Assembly (NCBI GenBank): GCA_963718875.1
Contig: OY970378.1
Location: 872,265 to 936,264, forward strand
DNA from: Candidatus Parcubacteria bacterium
GTDB taxonomy: Bacteria > Patescibacteriota > Saccharimonadia > UBA4664 > JBIOIQ01
DNA: 64,000 nt
Direction of reading: 5' to 3'
A model generated the notes under the pieces. It did not search any database and had not been told where the DNA came from. It saw nothing but the letters and a program-made list of their open reading frames with translations. Both the position numbers and the translations under genes were made by a program. Within the stretch, counting starts at the first letter, position 1. Every line of letters starts with the position of its first letter. Of this stretch, positions 28,864 to 39,242 are shown piece by piece.

Positions 28864-29292
28864 ATGGAGAGCAAAGTGGCAGAAATTAATGCATATTTAA
28901 TGTTTAGGGGTAATTGTCGTGAGGCAATGGAGTTTTATCATAACTGTCTGGGCGGGGAGCTTTCGATTCAATCTGTGGGAGATTCACCCATGGGAGAGCA
29001 AGCTCCACCGGAAGCCAAAAATAAAATTATGCATGCGCAGCTTAAAGGCGACGGATGGCGGTTTTTCGGCTCCGACATGATGGACGACTCCCCTGCTACT
29101 CAAAGTAATACTGTTTCGGTTTGCATGGTTGGGGCCAACATTGACGAAATAAAACCTGCGTTTGATAAGTTATCGCAGGGTGGCAAGGTGACCCACGACT
29201 TGAAAAAGGAGTTTTTTGGGACATATGGCGACTTGGTAGATAAATACGGCTTTATCTGGATGTTCCAAGCCGATTCACCGGCACAATCTTAA
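28864..29292 (+). CDS. VOC family (PhnB-like) protein
   Basis: YLMFRGNCREAMEFY, IMHAQL, LVDKYGFIW. Confidence 0.9.
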   Translation: MESKVAEINAYLMFRGNCREAMEFYHNCLGGELSIQSVGDSPMGEQAPPEAKNKIMHAQLKGDGWRFFGSDMMDDSPATQSNTVSVCMVGANIDEIKPAFDKLSQGGKVTHDLKKEFFGTYGDLVDKYGFIWMFQADSPAQS

Positions 29293-29297
29293 AACTA

Positions 29298-29753
29298 ATG
29301 CGAGAGATAAATCGTATTATCGTAGCGGCCATTATTTTTAGTAAAGACGAAAAGGTTTTGATGGGCAAAAAAGATCCCGGAAGTGGAGGTGTCTACATTG
29401 ATAGTTGGCATATCCCTGGAGGCGGGGTTGAAGAGGGCGAGACGCTTGATCAAGCCCTTGTAAGGGAGGTGCGGGAGGAAGTAGGTATTGATATATCGCC
29501 TTATAAGATTAAAAAGCGGGCAACGATTGGGCATGGGAGCTCCGAAAAAACTCTGAGCAATGGTGAACGGGTAATTTGTCATATGGAGTTTAATCATTTT
29601 GAGGTACTTCTGGACGAAGTATCCACAGACATTAAATTAGAACTGGCCGATGATCTTGTTGAAGCTAGGTGGTTTAGCAGAACGGAGCTCAAGCAAGTAC
29701 AACAAATTCCAGGAGGCAAAGAGTTGTTTAGGGAAATGGGTTATCTAGACTAG
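29298..29753 (+). CDS. NUDIX hydrolase
   Basis: GGGVEEGETLDQALVREVREEVG Nudix box. Confidence 0.93.
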   Translation: MREINRIIVAAIIFSKDEKVLMGKKDPGSGGVYIDSWHIPGGGVEEGETLDQALVREVREEVGIDISPYKIKKRATIGHGSSEKTLSNGERVICHMEFNHFEVLLDEVSTDIKLELADDLVEARWFSRTELKQVQQIPGGKELFREMGYLD

Positions 29754-29770
29754 GCTGATATAATCAAGCT

Positions 29771-30250
29771 ATGAGAAAAGATATATATGAAGTTTTAGAA
29801 AGTCTTAATATTGAATACAAGGAGTATGACCATCCAGCAGTTTACACGGTGGAAGAAGCTGAAGAATATGATAGAGGTAGTGGCGCCCATAGCAAAAATC
29901 TGTTTTTGAGGAACAAAAAAGGCAACCATCATTACCTGGTTGTGGTTGATGCCTCAAAAAGGGTTAACCTGAAAGACCTCGAAAAGCGCTTACAAGAATC
30001 GGGTTTAAGCTTTGCTTCGGCCGAAAGAATGGATAAGTACCTGGGTCTTACTCCTGGAGCCGTATCCCCGTTTGGGCTAATAAATGACACAGACAAAGAG
30101 GTGCGGGTGGTAGTTGATACGGATTTGCTGGAGTTTAGCGAGCAAGGGTTTCACCCCAATGTTAATACCGCTACGCTGACTCTCAGTACCAATGACTTTA
30201 AAAGGTTTTTAGAGTCGACCAGCAACGCCGTAACTTATCTAAAGGTCTAA
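29771..30250 (+). CDS. YbaK/ProX prolyl-tRNA editing domain protein
   Basis: HPAVYTVEE, KNLFL, PGAVSPFGLIND, FHPNVNTAT. Confidence 0.92.
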   Translation: MRKDIYEVLESLNIEYKEYDHPAVYTVEEAEEYDRGSGAHSKNLFLRNKKGNHHYLVVVDASKRVNLKDLEKRLQESGLSFASAERMDKYLGLTPGAVSPFGLINDTDKEVRVVVDTDLLEFSEQGFHPNVNTATLTLSTNDFKRFLESTSNAVTYLKV

Positions 30251-30257
30251 TGGCATC

Positions 30258-30518
30258 ATGAAAAAATCGACAAAAATATTGTTAGCCTTAATAGCGGTAA
30301 ATGTTATCTTATGGTTAATTTTTCGCAAATATAGTTATCGCACCACATTGGCAAACTTTGATTGCCCCGTGACTCAGTATGAAATAGATCATGGTTGCCC
30401 GGTAGAGATTAAAGGCACAAACGTAGTAGGGCTAGTGCCGATAATAAATATGATTTTAATTGCCGGTTCATTAATAATTTTGCTAGCCCAAACACTGCGC
30501 AAAAAACTCTCTCATTAA
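30258..30518 (+). CDS. Small two-TM hypothetical protein
   Basis: Two hydrophobic helices flanking a loop with a Cys pair. Operonic spacing. Confidence 0.6.
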   Translation: MKKSTKILLALIAVNVILWLIFRKYSYRTTLANFDCPVTQYEIDHGCPVEIKGTNVVGLVPIINMILIAGSLIILLAQTLRKKLSH

Positions 30519-30542
30519 AGTTCGCCTAGATTCGTTAAGCTC

Positions 30543-30980
30543 CTATCCTTGAGCCAGCAGCGCCTTTAACGTCTCTAAATCACCGGTGAGTCTGGCTTTG
30601 GCCATAGACTGGATAACGGGTAGGGCAAACTTGAGAGTAATGCCGGTAATTTCAAATTCCAGCACGCACATCACCTCACAGCTTTGATCGCCCAAGGATG
30701 CTAAATCATATCGGGCTACAAAAGGAATGGCACCGCTTTGACTTTTAATTTCAATGGTTTTGTCAGGATCAAGTTTAACTACTTCAACCACCGAATGGTT
30801 TTTTTGACCTAACACAATGCTGGTACTTTTAAAAAGCAGCCCTTCGTGCATGTTCACCTGTGGTTTCACGCTTATCATACCGGAGTTCCATAGCGGGTAG
30901 CGACTTAAGTCGGTTAAGGCCGCGTACAACATTTCAGCTGGAAAAGGAAAAGTTACTTTGATTGTAGTGTTGTATATCAA
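30543..30980 (-). CDS. SRPBCC family protein
   Basis: LTDLSRYPLWN and C-terminal DLETLKALL helix. Confidence 0.75.
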   Translation of the reverse strand: MIYNTTIKVTFPFPAEMLYAALTDLSRYPLWNSGMISVKPQVNMHEGLLFKSTSIVLGQKNHSVVEVVKLDPDKTIEIKSQSGAIPFVARYDLASLGDQSCEVMCVLEFEITGITLKFALPVIQSMAKARLTGDLETLKALLAQG

Positions 30981-31040
30981 GTTTGTAGGCCTGGCAGCAT
31001 ATCATAAGCATTATAGCAGAAGAGGTAGTTTCGGTGTCGC

Positions 31041-31139
31041 CCAAGAGCTTGAATTTTATTCCCTGAGCTTGTCGAAGGGCCGAAGGGATTTATAATTGCC
31101 AAGCCTTTATAGCTGTTTCGACTCAGCTCAACATGACAA
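31041..31139. repeat. REP-like element
   Basis: AGCTTGAATTTTATTCCCTGAGCTTGTCGAAGGG is the near reverse complement of the unit at ~1177-1209. Ends TTTCGACTCAGCTCAACATGACA. Confidence 0.75.
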
Positions 31140-31142
31140 GAA

Positions 31143-31613
31143 CTACTTTCCCCTCGAAAGTTTAAGCTTACTCAGCACATACCCAACCGCAAACGCCCCG
31201 GCTCCCAAACTATTCATTAGTAAGTCCCACGAGGTATCGGTAAGGGGCAGGTTAAAAAGGCCTGCTTCTACAGCCGTTAGCTCCACGAGTTCCATGGTTA
31301 CGCCGAGGGCAGATACTACACAAAATAAGCTGGCTAGCTCAATTAATAATGAGGCTTTCCAGCGTAATTGCTGCTTCAAGTAAAGCCAAAGGAAACCGGA
31401 AAAAACTCCCCCGCCGACAAAGTGGGTGGTAGCGGCAGTATACTGCCCTTGGATATCTGGGGACGGCAAGTACCAGGATATGAAAAAAAGGAAACAGGCT
31501 AGAATCAAAGTGAGATTTGCGACTGCTGGCTTTCCGGTAAACTTTTGGATGACAACAGGCAAGCAAAAGTACAATCCCAGCGGGACAACGATTGAAATAA
31601 GGATAAATATCAT
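31143..31613 (-). CDS. Membrane protein (possibly VanZ/DUF2238-like)
   Basis: Multiple TMs with THFVGGG, ELVE and DTSWDLLMNSLG. Confidence 0.65.
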   Translation of the reverse strand: MIFILISIVVPLGLYFCLPVVIQKFTGKPAVANLTLILACFLFFISWYLPSPDIQGQYTAATTHFVGGGVFSGFLWLYLKQQLRWKASLLIELASLFCVVSALGVTMELVELTAVEAGLFNLPLTDTSWDLLMNSLGAGAFAVGYVLSKLKLSRGK

Positions 31614-31650
31614 GTCGTCATCTTAACAGCTAGCAATCAAAATAAAGGAA

Positions 31651-32154
31651 TTAACTATTTTTTGAGGCCGCTATGGCGGTATTAATCTGAGCGAGTTCGG
31701 CTGTACTAAAGTCGCGCTTTTGATCGACTTGGTTGATACAAGTATTGAGCTTGGTCATGTTTGTTTGCATGGTTTTAACGTAGGCCAGCAGCTCGTCAAT
31801 TTGTGGTTTGTATTTGCTGGCGTCGGCGTTATTGCCGTCGCTAGCCACTTGGGCACGGACTTTAGCAGCCATAGACTCAGCTTTGGCGCGAATGCTGGTA
31901 CTGTAATCTTTTAAGGCACTTACACACTTAGGCTTAAGGTCCGCATGTTTGTAATTGCCATTGTCTGCGTTGGTGGTATTGGCATTTGAGTCAGTGGTGG
32001 TTTGACTAGACGAAGTTGAAGTTGTAACGGTCGTTTTGGGTTTTGAATCCGACTTAATTAAAGTTTTATTGTTGCCCAAACTAAAGCCTATACCTCCAGC
32101 CAATACTAAGGCTATTACACCTAATCCAATGAATTTATTTTTTTTTCCACTCAT
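31651..32154 (-). CDS. Membrane-anchored or secreted helical hypothetical protein
   Basis: N-terminal TM, S/T/N linker, helical domain with two Cys. Confidence 0.75.
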   Translation of the reverse strand: MSGKKNKFIGLGVIALVLAGGIGFSLGNNKTLIKSDSKPKTTVTTSTSSSQTTTDSNANTTNADNGNYKHADLKPKCVSALKDYSTSIRAKAESMAAKVRAQVASDGNNADASKYKPQIDELLAYVKTMQTNMTKLNTCINQVDQKRDFSTAELAQINTAIAASKNS

Positions 32155-32298
32155 ATAAACCCCTACTACCCCCTTAAAGTTTTGTAGGTGGATATTATAG
32201 CGATATGCGGGGCAAAAGTAAAGATTGTGACCGGAGACTGATTACTTATTTAAATAGAGAACCCCGAAAAAACTCGGTGTTCTCTCGGGGCGTGAACT

Positions 32299-32550
32299 TT
32301 AGCCCAGCATCCAGGCGACCTGTCGGCGCATCTGGCGCTTAGGGATGATTTCTTCCAAGTCGCAGAGCAGCATCAGGTGGAGGGTGTCGTTGACGTGGCG
32401 ACGAACCTGCCGCTCGAGCTGCTTACGCAAGGGCTTGGCGTTGCGGCCGAAAGAGTTCCAGCCGCCGTAGTGGAGCAGGGTACCAGAGCGGTTGCTACGG
32501 CGATCCGCCAGCAGGACTCTGTGGGGGTCGGTGTTGACGGTTCGGGACAT
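32299..32550 (-). CDS. GC-rich, Arg-rich small hypothetical protein
   Basis: AAGGAAGG RBS, GC-rich codons, hairpin at ~32256-32285 downstream. Confidence 0.7.
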   Translation of the reverse strand: MSRTVNTDPHRVLLADRRSNRSGTLLHYGGWNSFGRNAKPLRKQLERQVRRHVNDTLHLMLLCDLEEIIPKRQMRRQVAWMLG

Positions 32551-32872
32551 GCGGACCTTCCTTTGCTGCTTACTTAGCAGCTATGAAGTCGCACATATAT
32601 CACCTCCAAAAGTCGATGAACTATAACTACACATTTATAACACATAACTACTTTAATTACAAACCGCGATACTTCTGGGCTATCATCCTATCCCCCCTTG
32701 TCATTCCCTATCGGAAGCGGAGCGCTCCGGATAGGGAATCTAAAAAAAATAAAAGAGAAGTGTAAAAATCTTTTATCGGCTATATGCATCAGCCAAACTT
32801 CCCACTACGAAGCTAAATTTGAAGCTGCGCTAAAAACTCATTATACTTATGCTGAAAATAAGCGGAGTCGTA

Positions 32873-33100
32873 ATGGCAAATTACCATGTAGTAGAGAGCG
32901 ATAATAAGGAATGGGCAGTGGAGCGAGCTGGATCAAAGCGGGCTAGCTCAATACATAGCACGCAAAGAGGAGCTTTGGAAGCAGCCAAAACTTACACCAT
33001 TAATAGTGGTGGCGGCGAAGTTAGTGTTCATGGGGCTAATGGAAAAGTTAGAAACAAAAATACTTACGGCAAAGTCGATCACCACCCGCCCAAAGGTTAA
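32873..33100 (+). CDS. DUF2188 family protein
   Basis: YHVV..WAV..GSKRASSIHSTQ..A..EVSVHG..GKVR...TYG...PPKG. Confidence 0.88.
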   Translation: MANYHVVESDNKEWAVERAGSKRASSIHSTQRGALEAAKTYTINSGGGEVSVHGANGKVRNKNTYGKVDHHPPKG

Positions 33101-33124
33101 ATGGCGGAATGATATGATTGACGC

Positions 33125-33631
33125 ATGAAAAAGTTGATCATAGTTTGCGGATTGCCAGGAGCTGGCAAAAGTACCCTGTCAGAGGCTTTGGCAGGTAGAT
33201 TGATGCTACCGGTATTTTCAGTCGACCCAATCGAGTCGTCAATTATCAAAAGTGGTATTAAAAAAAGTTTTGAAACCGGTTTAGCTGCCTATCTTGTAGC
33301 CGAAACGTTGGCTGGTGAGCAGCTAAAGCAAGGCTTATAGGTCATTATAGATTCTGTCAGTGCTGTGCCAGAAGCCAAAGACATGTGGCGCAAACTGTCG
33401 GCAAAGTATGATGCGAAGTTGGTAATTATAGAATGCGTTTTGGACGAAACTATCCACAAACAACGCGTTAAGGCTCGCGTCCGCAACATGCATGGCCTGC
33501 CGGAAGTTATCTGGAGTGATGTTGAGGCGCGAAAGAGCGAGTATGTGGAGTGGGAGCAGGAAAAATTGGTTTTGGATAGCGGGAACGGGCTTGAGGAAAA
33601 CTTAGAAAAAGCGCTAGAGTATATCAACTAG
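33125..33631 (+). pseudogene. P-loop kinase (AAA_33-like) interrupted by an in-frame TAG at 33338-33340
   Basis: GLPGAGKS Walker A. The same frame continues VIIDSV...HKQRVKAR after the stop. Confidence 0.85.
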
Positions 33632-33803
33632 TTTTCACCCCCGTTTAGAACTTTTGTATTGAATTCATCCATTAACAATGATGTTCCGGAATTCAGAAGG
33701 CGAATCAATAACCTGAAAATCGTAATTTGTATCTTCCAGATTAATGTTGGCAGTTTCGCGAATTTGGAGGGTGTTGTCCGGTAAGCTAATATGGCGAATT
33801 TAG

Positions 33804-34286
33804 TTAATCCGTAGCATCATTAATTTGAAAAGTGTGGTTGGTAAGTTTGTTTGGCTCGACGGTGAAGGCACATGGTACACCGTTTTGGTCGGTAGAGGTG
33901 CAATACTCTTTATTTTGGTATAGCACAAACATAGAGTAAACGCCGGCGGGTAACTCGAGCTGGAACTCGCCCTTAACCTGGGGAATTTGCTTAATGATCT
34001 GACTGCTTTGTTTGATGATGACCGTGAGCGGATCGGTAAAGGTACGGACGCTGCATGAATTTCTTGAGCCTACAGTGGTTGGCATGCAGTCACCAGTTCT
34101 GTGAGTGATGGTGCCTTTAACTCCTTGGGCTTGGGGAGCGGCAGAAGGCGATGTTACTGGCGGTATGACGGGTAAACTACGATTGTTTTTGGGCTTATTC
34201 AAAGACACGCTCAAAAAACCCGCCACTATGCCAATGGCAATGATTGCCACTATGATTGTTACGCCAAAACCCTTTTGGTTGTTCAT
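33804..34286 (-). CDS. Membrane-anchored Cys-containing hypothetical protein
   Basis: QKGF prepilin-like N-terminus, TM, GDCMP motif. Confidence 0.75.
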   Translation of the reverse strand: MNNQKGFGVTIIVAIIAIGIVAGFLSVSLNKPKNNRSLPVIPPVTSPSAAPQAQGVKGTITHRTGDCMPTTVGSRNSCSVRTFTDPLTVIIKQSSQIIKQIPQVKGEFQLELPAGVYSMFVLYQNKEYCTSTDQNGVPCAFTVEPNKLTNHTFQINDATD

Positions 34287-34356
34287 AGAAGGATTGTAGC
34301 ATTATTATTATCCACTCACCCTACTGCCCTTTTAGTTCACCGGCGAGGACAATGTT

Positions 34357-34542
34357 ATGATTTGGGCAATGGAAGACGTAGAAGACAAAAAGCGCCAGGC
34401 GTGTTTAGAAAAGCTTACTTGGGAATCTAAAGAAATGGCGGAGGCTGCCCGGGCATATGCCGGTTGGCAGTATGGTGAGTCCAAAACCCTTGCCTACCCG
34501 TGCAAGCATTGTGGCAAGTGGCGTTTGGCCCGAGCAGTTTAG
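34357..34542 (+). CDS. Small hypothetical protein with a CxxC motif
   Basis: C..K...S...A...A...YPCKHCGKW pattern. Confidence 0.6.
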   Translation: MIWAMEDVEDKKRQACLEKLTWESKEMAEAARAYAGWQYGESKTLAYPCKHCGKWRLARAV

Positions 34543-36030
34543 TTTAAGAGATCCTGAAAGGTAGAAGCGGCTATCGCCTTTCTCTTCAGGATGACAGCTA
34601 CGAGCGGGCCATGCGGTTAATTGAAATGTGATCTTAGGAAAGCTGATAGAGCGTTTGCCCCTCATATCCGTAGTCTTTTAGGAGGTGTCTGAAACCGAAC
34701 TGCTGCGCGGCCCGGTTGGCGTCCTCTAGGTCAGGCGAACTTGAGGCAACGTCTCATCCAGCCTCTGGACCTCCTCTCGATAGCTAGGCCCGGGCATCTT
34801 TAGGCGCTTTTCAGCGGACATATATTCCAGGATCGCGAGACTGCCTGGGAGTGTTGTATGTCGTTCAATGATACGCTGCGACCACCATCTGTTGGGTGAT
34901 CGTCACGGTTCGGCTAGCTCCGGCATGCCTGAAATTGGGCCAGTAGTGCCGAACCTCGTTGACCTTAGCGTGATTCGGATGGCCTTTTCGAAGGCTCCGG
35001 TGGCCTCGAGGCTTTGCGCCGGATGAGCTGGCGACTTCAGCGGGTGGCAGAAAGCCAAAACGAGAGCATATCGCCACGAAACCAATCTGGGCCAGACGGT
35101 TGCTCGAACCGTCATGTAGAGGTGCCTGCTGTGAGAGTCCGCCAGACCATTGGGAAGCGTAGCTGTTATGGCCCCATTATTAAGCTCTTTAAAAACTTAA
35201 GCGGACACAAATTGTCTGGGATGGGTCGTAGCAGTCCCCCGTCACACAACATCAGTCTGGTGTACTGGTTCAAGCTGAGCAGATAGGTCACGTACGCTCA
35301 CATGCTTTGATCCAGTCCGCGTTGGTCCGGTCGTAGAGCGATGATCTCCTTGTTTCTGAGTTGTGGCAGCTCCGCTCCGGACCAAAGGTTGACTGTCTTC
35401 GCGGCGCCCTGTAAAACTCACCGATCTGGAATCATCACCCGATCGGTCTTAGGTTTGCGCTTCTTTGGTCTGCACATCGGGAGAAGACAGGTACGCGTCG
35501 AGGCCGTACATCTGCCCCCGGGCGCTGTCGCGCAAGGTGCGTATTGACGTTGCGAGCATAGCCGAGCTGGTAGTAAAGGAATTGGTAGGCGCTTTTTTTA
35601 CGTCGTCCCACTATCTCATCGGGATTGGAGGCCATCGAGTTGAGGCCTGAGCACAATGATGTACCAGAATCGACCAATTATCGAAATCACCTGGTCGATT
35701 TCTGGCTGACCAGCTTAGCCGATTTCTAGAGTTTGAAGCTGTTTGTTGAGCGATTCAAGCGCTCGCTCCAGCATTCCGAGCCTTTCGGGATCAACATTCG
35801 GGCCTCGAACGTTGACAACTACTTGGGCGTCCGGCCCAACAGCCCGACCATGTACCTCGCTTGTGACTTTTGATGAGTTCGAAAACACATAGTACTATTT
35901 GGGCTCAACGTCTACATTTTAGCCAAGCCTTGTAAGTTACTTTTCAGAGTCATTAAAGCTGACACTGCTTACGCGGTTGACTATTCGTAGTATTTTGAGT
36001 CAAACTACGTTTAATGTCAACAAAACAAAC

Positions 36031-36336
36031 ATGGCACATCATCATCCTCACCACATAACTAAAAAAACGCAAAAAACCAAGATGGGTCCGTTGGATTTTT
36101 TTGTGAATATTTTTATGTTTATGTCGCCTTTGTTTGAAATTCCACAAGCTTATGATATTTACAGTCAAAAAAGTTCCCACACGGTTTCTCTTACCACTTG
36201 GGCGTTGTTTTTTGTGGCCAGTATTGCTTGGTTAATATATGGTATTCGGCATAAGCTTAAGTCAATCATCATCATTCAAATCATTTACATGGTTATAGAA
36301 GCGTCAGTAGTAGTAGGAATTTTAATTTATCCATAG
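36031..36336 (+). CDS. SemiSWEET/PQ-loop family transporter
   Basis: IPQAYDIY, VSLTTW, WLIYGI. Three TMs. Confidence 0.85.
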   Translation: MAHHHPHHITKKTQKTKMGPLDFFVNIFMFMSPLFEIPQAYDIYSQKSSHTVSLTTWALFFVASIAWLIYGIRHKLKSIIIIQIIYMVIEASVVVGILIYP

Positions 36337-36387
36337 CTCTAGGAGCGCATAAATAAACCCCGTCTCTTACTGTGGTAAAATTCTGTT

Positions 36388-37233
36388 ATGGAAGAAAGCC
36401 AACAAAACCCTCAACAGCCTTCGGCTCCTCAAAACGGGCCAGAGCCAAAGAAGTTCCCCAAAAAGGTGCTACTCATTATCATCATTGGGCTGGCCTTAAT
36501 TGGAGGGGCTTTAGCTTATGCCATGAGTCAAGATAATGCTGCCAAAAATACGCGAACAGCCGCCAGTGAACCAGCTACAACTGATAAGCCAACTGAGCGC
36601 AAAGCGGTAGAACAAGTATTTGTAAGTCCCGTAGACGGCACCAAAACGTCAATAAATACCGGTGGCTATTATGGTGTTAGCGTAGGGAGCACTCAGTACT
36701 ATGGTACTTTAACAAAAATAAACGATAGTTATATCCGCTTATCACCCACGCTGTATGTGAAAGGGAATAATTTAGCTTTTTTTTCTAGCAATGAGCTGCA
36801 TGGACCTGAACCTATAACCTATTTTCATGTCGCAAGAGTTGCAAAAGTGCAACAGCTTGATGCGACACTAAAAGAAAACATCGCAATCATTAACGCCATT
36901 AAATCAAGTCCGTCTCAGGCAGTAGATGCTTATCCCGCAGCTGTGATTGACCAATACCTCAAACAAGGACAATTCAAAGCCTTCTTTTTTAACGACGGAC
37001 AGGTGTTTTTTGCTCGAGTCGATAGCTTAAAAGGAAACTTTTTGACGGGGAACGTCTATTATTTAGAAGGTCAGGATGGTAGCCCAACCGCCTCAACGCA
37101 ACAAATCAGTTTGGCTTTGGCCAAGCCAGCGCAATACAGTAGCCGCACCAGCAGTGAATTGCAATACTGGCAAAATATGAAAAATGACAGCCAGATTACT
37201 AAAGCAGCCTTGCAGTTTGAAGCCGACCGTTAA
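36388..37233 (+). CDS. Membrane-anchored hypothetical protein with an internally duplicated domain
   Basis: N-terminal TM. Related halves end IINAI and SQITKAA. Confidence 0.75.
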   Translation: MEESQQNPQQPSAPQNGPEPKKFPKKVLLIIIIGLALIGGALAYAMSQDNAAKNTRTAASEPATTDKPTERKAVEQVFVSPVDGTKTSINTGGYYGVSVGSTQYYGTLTKINDSYIRLSPTLYVKGNNLAFFSSNELHGPEPITYFHVARVAKVQQLDATLKENIAIINAIKSSPSQAVDAYPAAVIDQYLKQGQFKAFFFNDGQVFFARVDSLKGNFLTGNVYYLEGQDGSPTASTQQISLALAKPAQYSSRTSSELQYWQNMKNDSQITKAALQFEADR

Positions 37234-37323
37234 AACGGATATATAGCTACAAATTGTTATAAAGCCACTTAACATCCTGATCTGGTTGTATTATTTTAGC
37301 TATACACCTACAAGGAGGCTGCC

Positions 37324-37936
37324 TTGCAGTTAATCCCCGTCATTGTTTGTGCAGTTGTGATGGCGGCCTGTTCGGCGCCAACCCAGTCAACCGATCCCCC
37401 GAGTGCACCGACGCCTGGTAGTGAGTTAGCTACCACCAGCACACTTCCCAGCTACGAAGTCCTTGGAACCGGCGGATGATCTGCCGGAATCCGTGCTTTC
37501 TGCAGAATCTGGAAGTGCTTGCCTCGGCCTATCCGACCGGCGCCTAGAAGTGTGCACTGCCTATGTGTTCAACTCTTCATTAGCGGCCAGGCTGCCATAC
37601 TACAAATATGGTCGCAGCCCTAACTCTGCTCGGTCCAAAGCCGCCTTGGACCGGCTGGAGTCACGCTATAGCGGTTCCGCACTTGCCCAAATTCAAGCCC
37701 AGGTGAGGGGGTGGCCTGTCGGCGAAACCAACATTGACGTGCCAATAGTTCGCGTTGAAAGCCTTTCAGTGAGTACCGACGGCAACCAGGCAGTTCTAAC
37801 AACGCGAGAGAGTTGGGAGGTCAAGAGGGCAGGCGAAACGCTGCTGTTTAAGGAGCAAGGCGCCAGGCACGTGATCAAGCTGGAGAGAGTACCCGGCCTG
37901 GTGTTGCATAAGTGGGTGGTGACAGAGATCGCATAA
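37324..37936 (+). pseudogene. Lipoprotein-like hypothetical protein with a frameshift near 37430-37460
   Basis: AAGGAGG RBS, TTG 37324, signal ending VMAAC, stop shortly after. ORF 37463-37936 continues in the +1 frame. Hairpin at 37937-37969. Confidence 0.55.
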
Positions 37937-38114
37937 GGTTGAAGGGGCGAGTTTACCGCCCCTTCAACCCCCGACTTTTGATAAATACAGCTACTTATCG
38001 TGCGAGCCCCAATTTGATTATGAGCAGTAAAAGTTAAAGCTCCATCCCGCTTAACGCGGGATGGAGCAGAATGCAACCCTTGGTTGCATAGGATGTAGAT
38101 TGGTTAGCCGTCCC

Positions 38115-38969
38115 CTACCCTTCGAGAGGCTTACGGCCAACAATCAAACCTCGGCCGTTGTTACCAATGCCTCCTTCCTCGAACCTAGCGATAAGCCCGG
38201 CGTCCTCGAAAGCCGGCCGGAACTCGGTGTGCCAGTCGAACATGGTGAGGTCATGAAGCTCGATGAAGTGCTCAGTTCCCTCGGGCCGAGCAACCAGGTG
38301 CTCGAGCTCCAGATGGATGACCTTGCCCGTTTTGGTGGAACGGCTAATGCGGACAACTTTCAGATCGGTCTGGTCCACCACCTGCATGCTGACATGGCCC
38401 GACCGCCACATGTGCGGCGACAGCCAAGGCTCAACGATCAACAAGCCGCCCGGAGCCACATGCCGAGCCATGTTGGTAATGGCGGCCGGAAGTTGTTCGG
38501 CCGAAAGGTGGCCAATGGCGCTGAACAAGCAGGTGACCACGTCGTACTGGCGGCCCAGGGTAAAGGTCACCATGTCGGCCAGGTAGAGCTGGATGCCGCG
38601 GCCGTAGCTGAGGCGGCCGGCACCGTGCTGAAGCTGGTCGAGATTCTGAGTGAAATTGCCATCAAGGCTGGTCCACAGTCCGGTCTCCACCTCTCTTGCG
38701 ATGGCGCCGCTGCGGTGGAAACGCTCCCAGGCTATCTGCAGCTGCGCTTCGCTGATGTCTAGCCCTTCCACCCGGAAGTGGTTGCGCAGGTGCTCCAGGT
38801 GCAAGCCAGTGCCGCAAGCTACGTCGAGCAGGCTGGGGACCTGATAGCGACGGTCAAACGATTGCAGTCGGGCCATGATGATGGCGTGCAGACGCTCAGA
38901 TTCACGACGATAATCTTTCATAGCCGTGTAAATGGCATCGTAAATCGATGCTGATTGTTCGTAGGACAC
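38115..38969 (-). CDS. Class I SAM-dependent methyltransferase (resembles TylM1/DesVI sugar N-methyltransferases)
   Basis: SLLDVACGTGLH, YDVVTCLFSAIGH, PGGLLIVEPW. Promoter TTGACA-N17-TAATCT at 39102-39130. Confidence 0.88.
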   Translation of the reverse strand: MSYEQSASIYDAIYTAMKDYRRESERLHAIIMARLQSFDRRYQVPSLLDVACGTGLHLEHLRNHFRVEGLDISEAQLQIAWERFHRSGAIAREVETGLWTSLDGNFTQNLDQLQHGAGRLSYGRGIQLYLADMVTFTLGRQYDVVTCLFSAIGHLSAEQLPAAITNMARHVAPGGLLIVEPWLSPHMWRSGHVSMQVVDQTDLKVVRISRSTKTGKVIHLELEHLVARPEGTEHFIELHDLTMFDWHTEFRPAFEDAGLIARFEEGGIGNNGRGLIVGRKPLEG

Positions 38970-39242
38970 AACGGTCCTTTCTGTGGTTGGGGTATTACCC
39001 CGGGATGGTCCCGGTGATAAACTTCTAAGCTTTAGAGGCTTGTCACCGGGACCCTACTTATATGTATCTAACATATGGGTTCCTTTATTTAGAACTTTGT
39101 AAGATTAGCATAAGTACCAAACTATGTCAATTATTGGTCGGCTGACTGACTAGTTATAGTCGGGCCAGCCTGGTGGCATAGGCAACGCCTTGCCGAACAT
39201 TAAGCCCGACTGCGGGTATGCTAACGCCCGAGGAGTAGGGCT

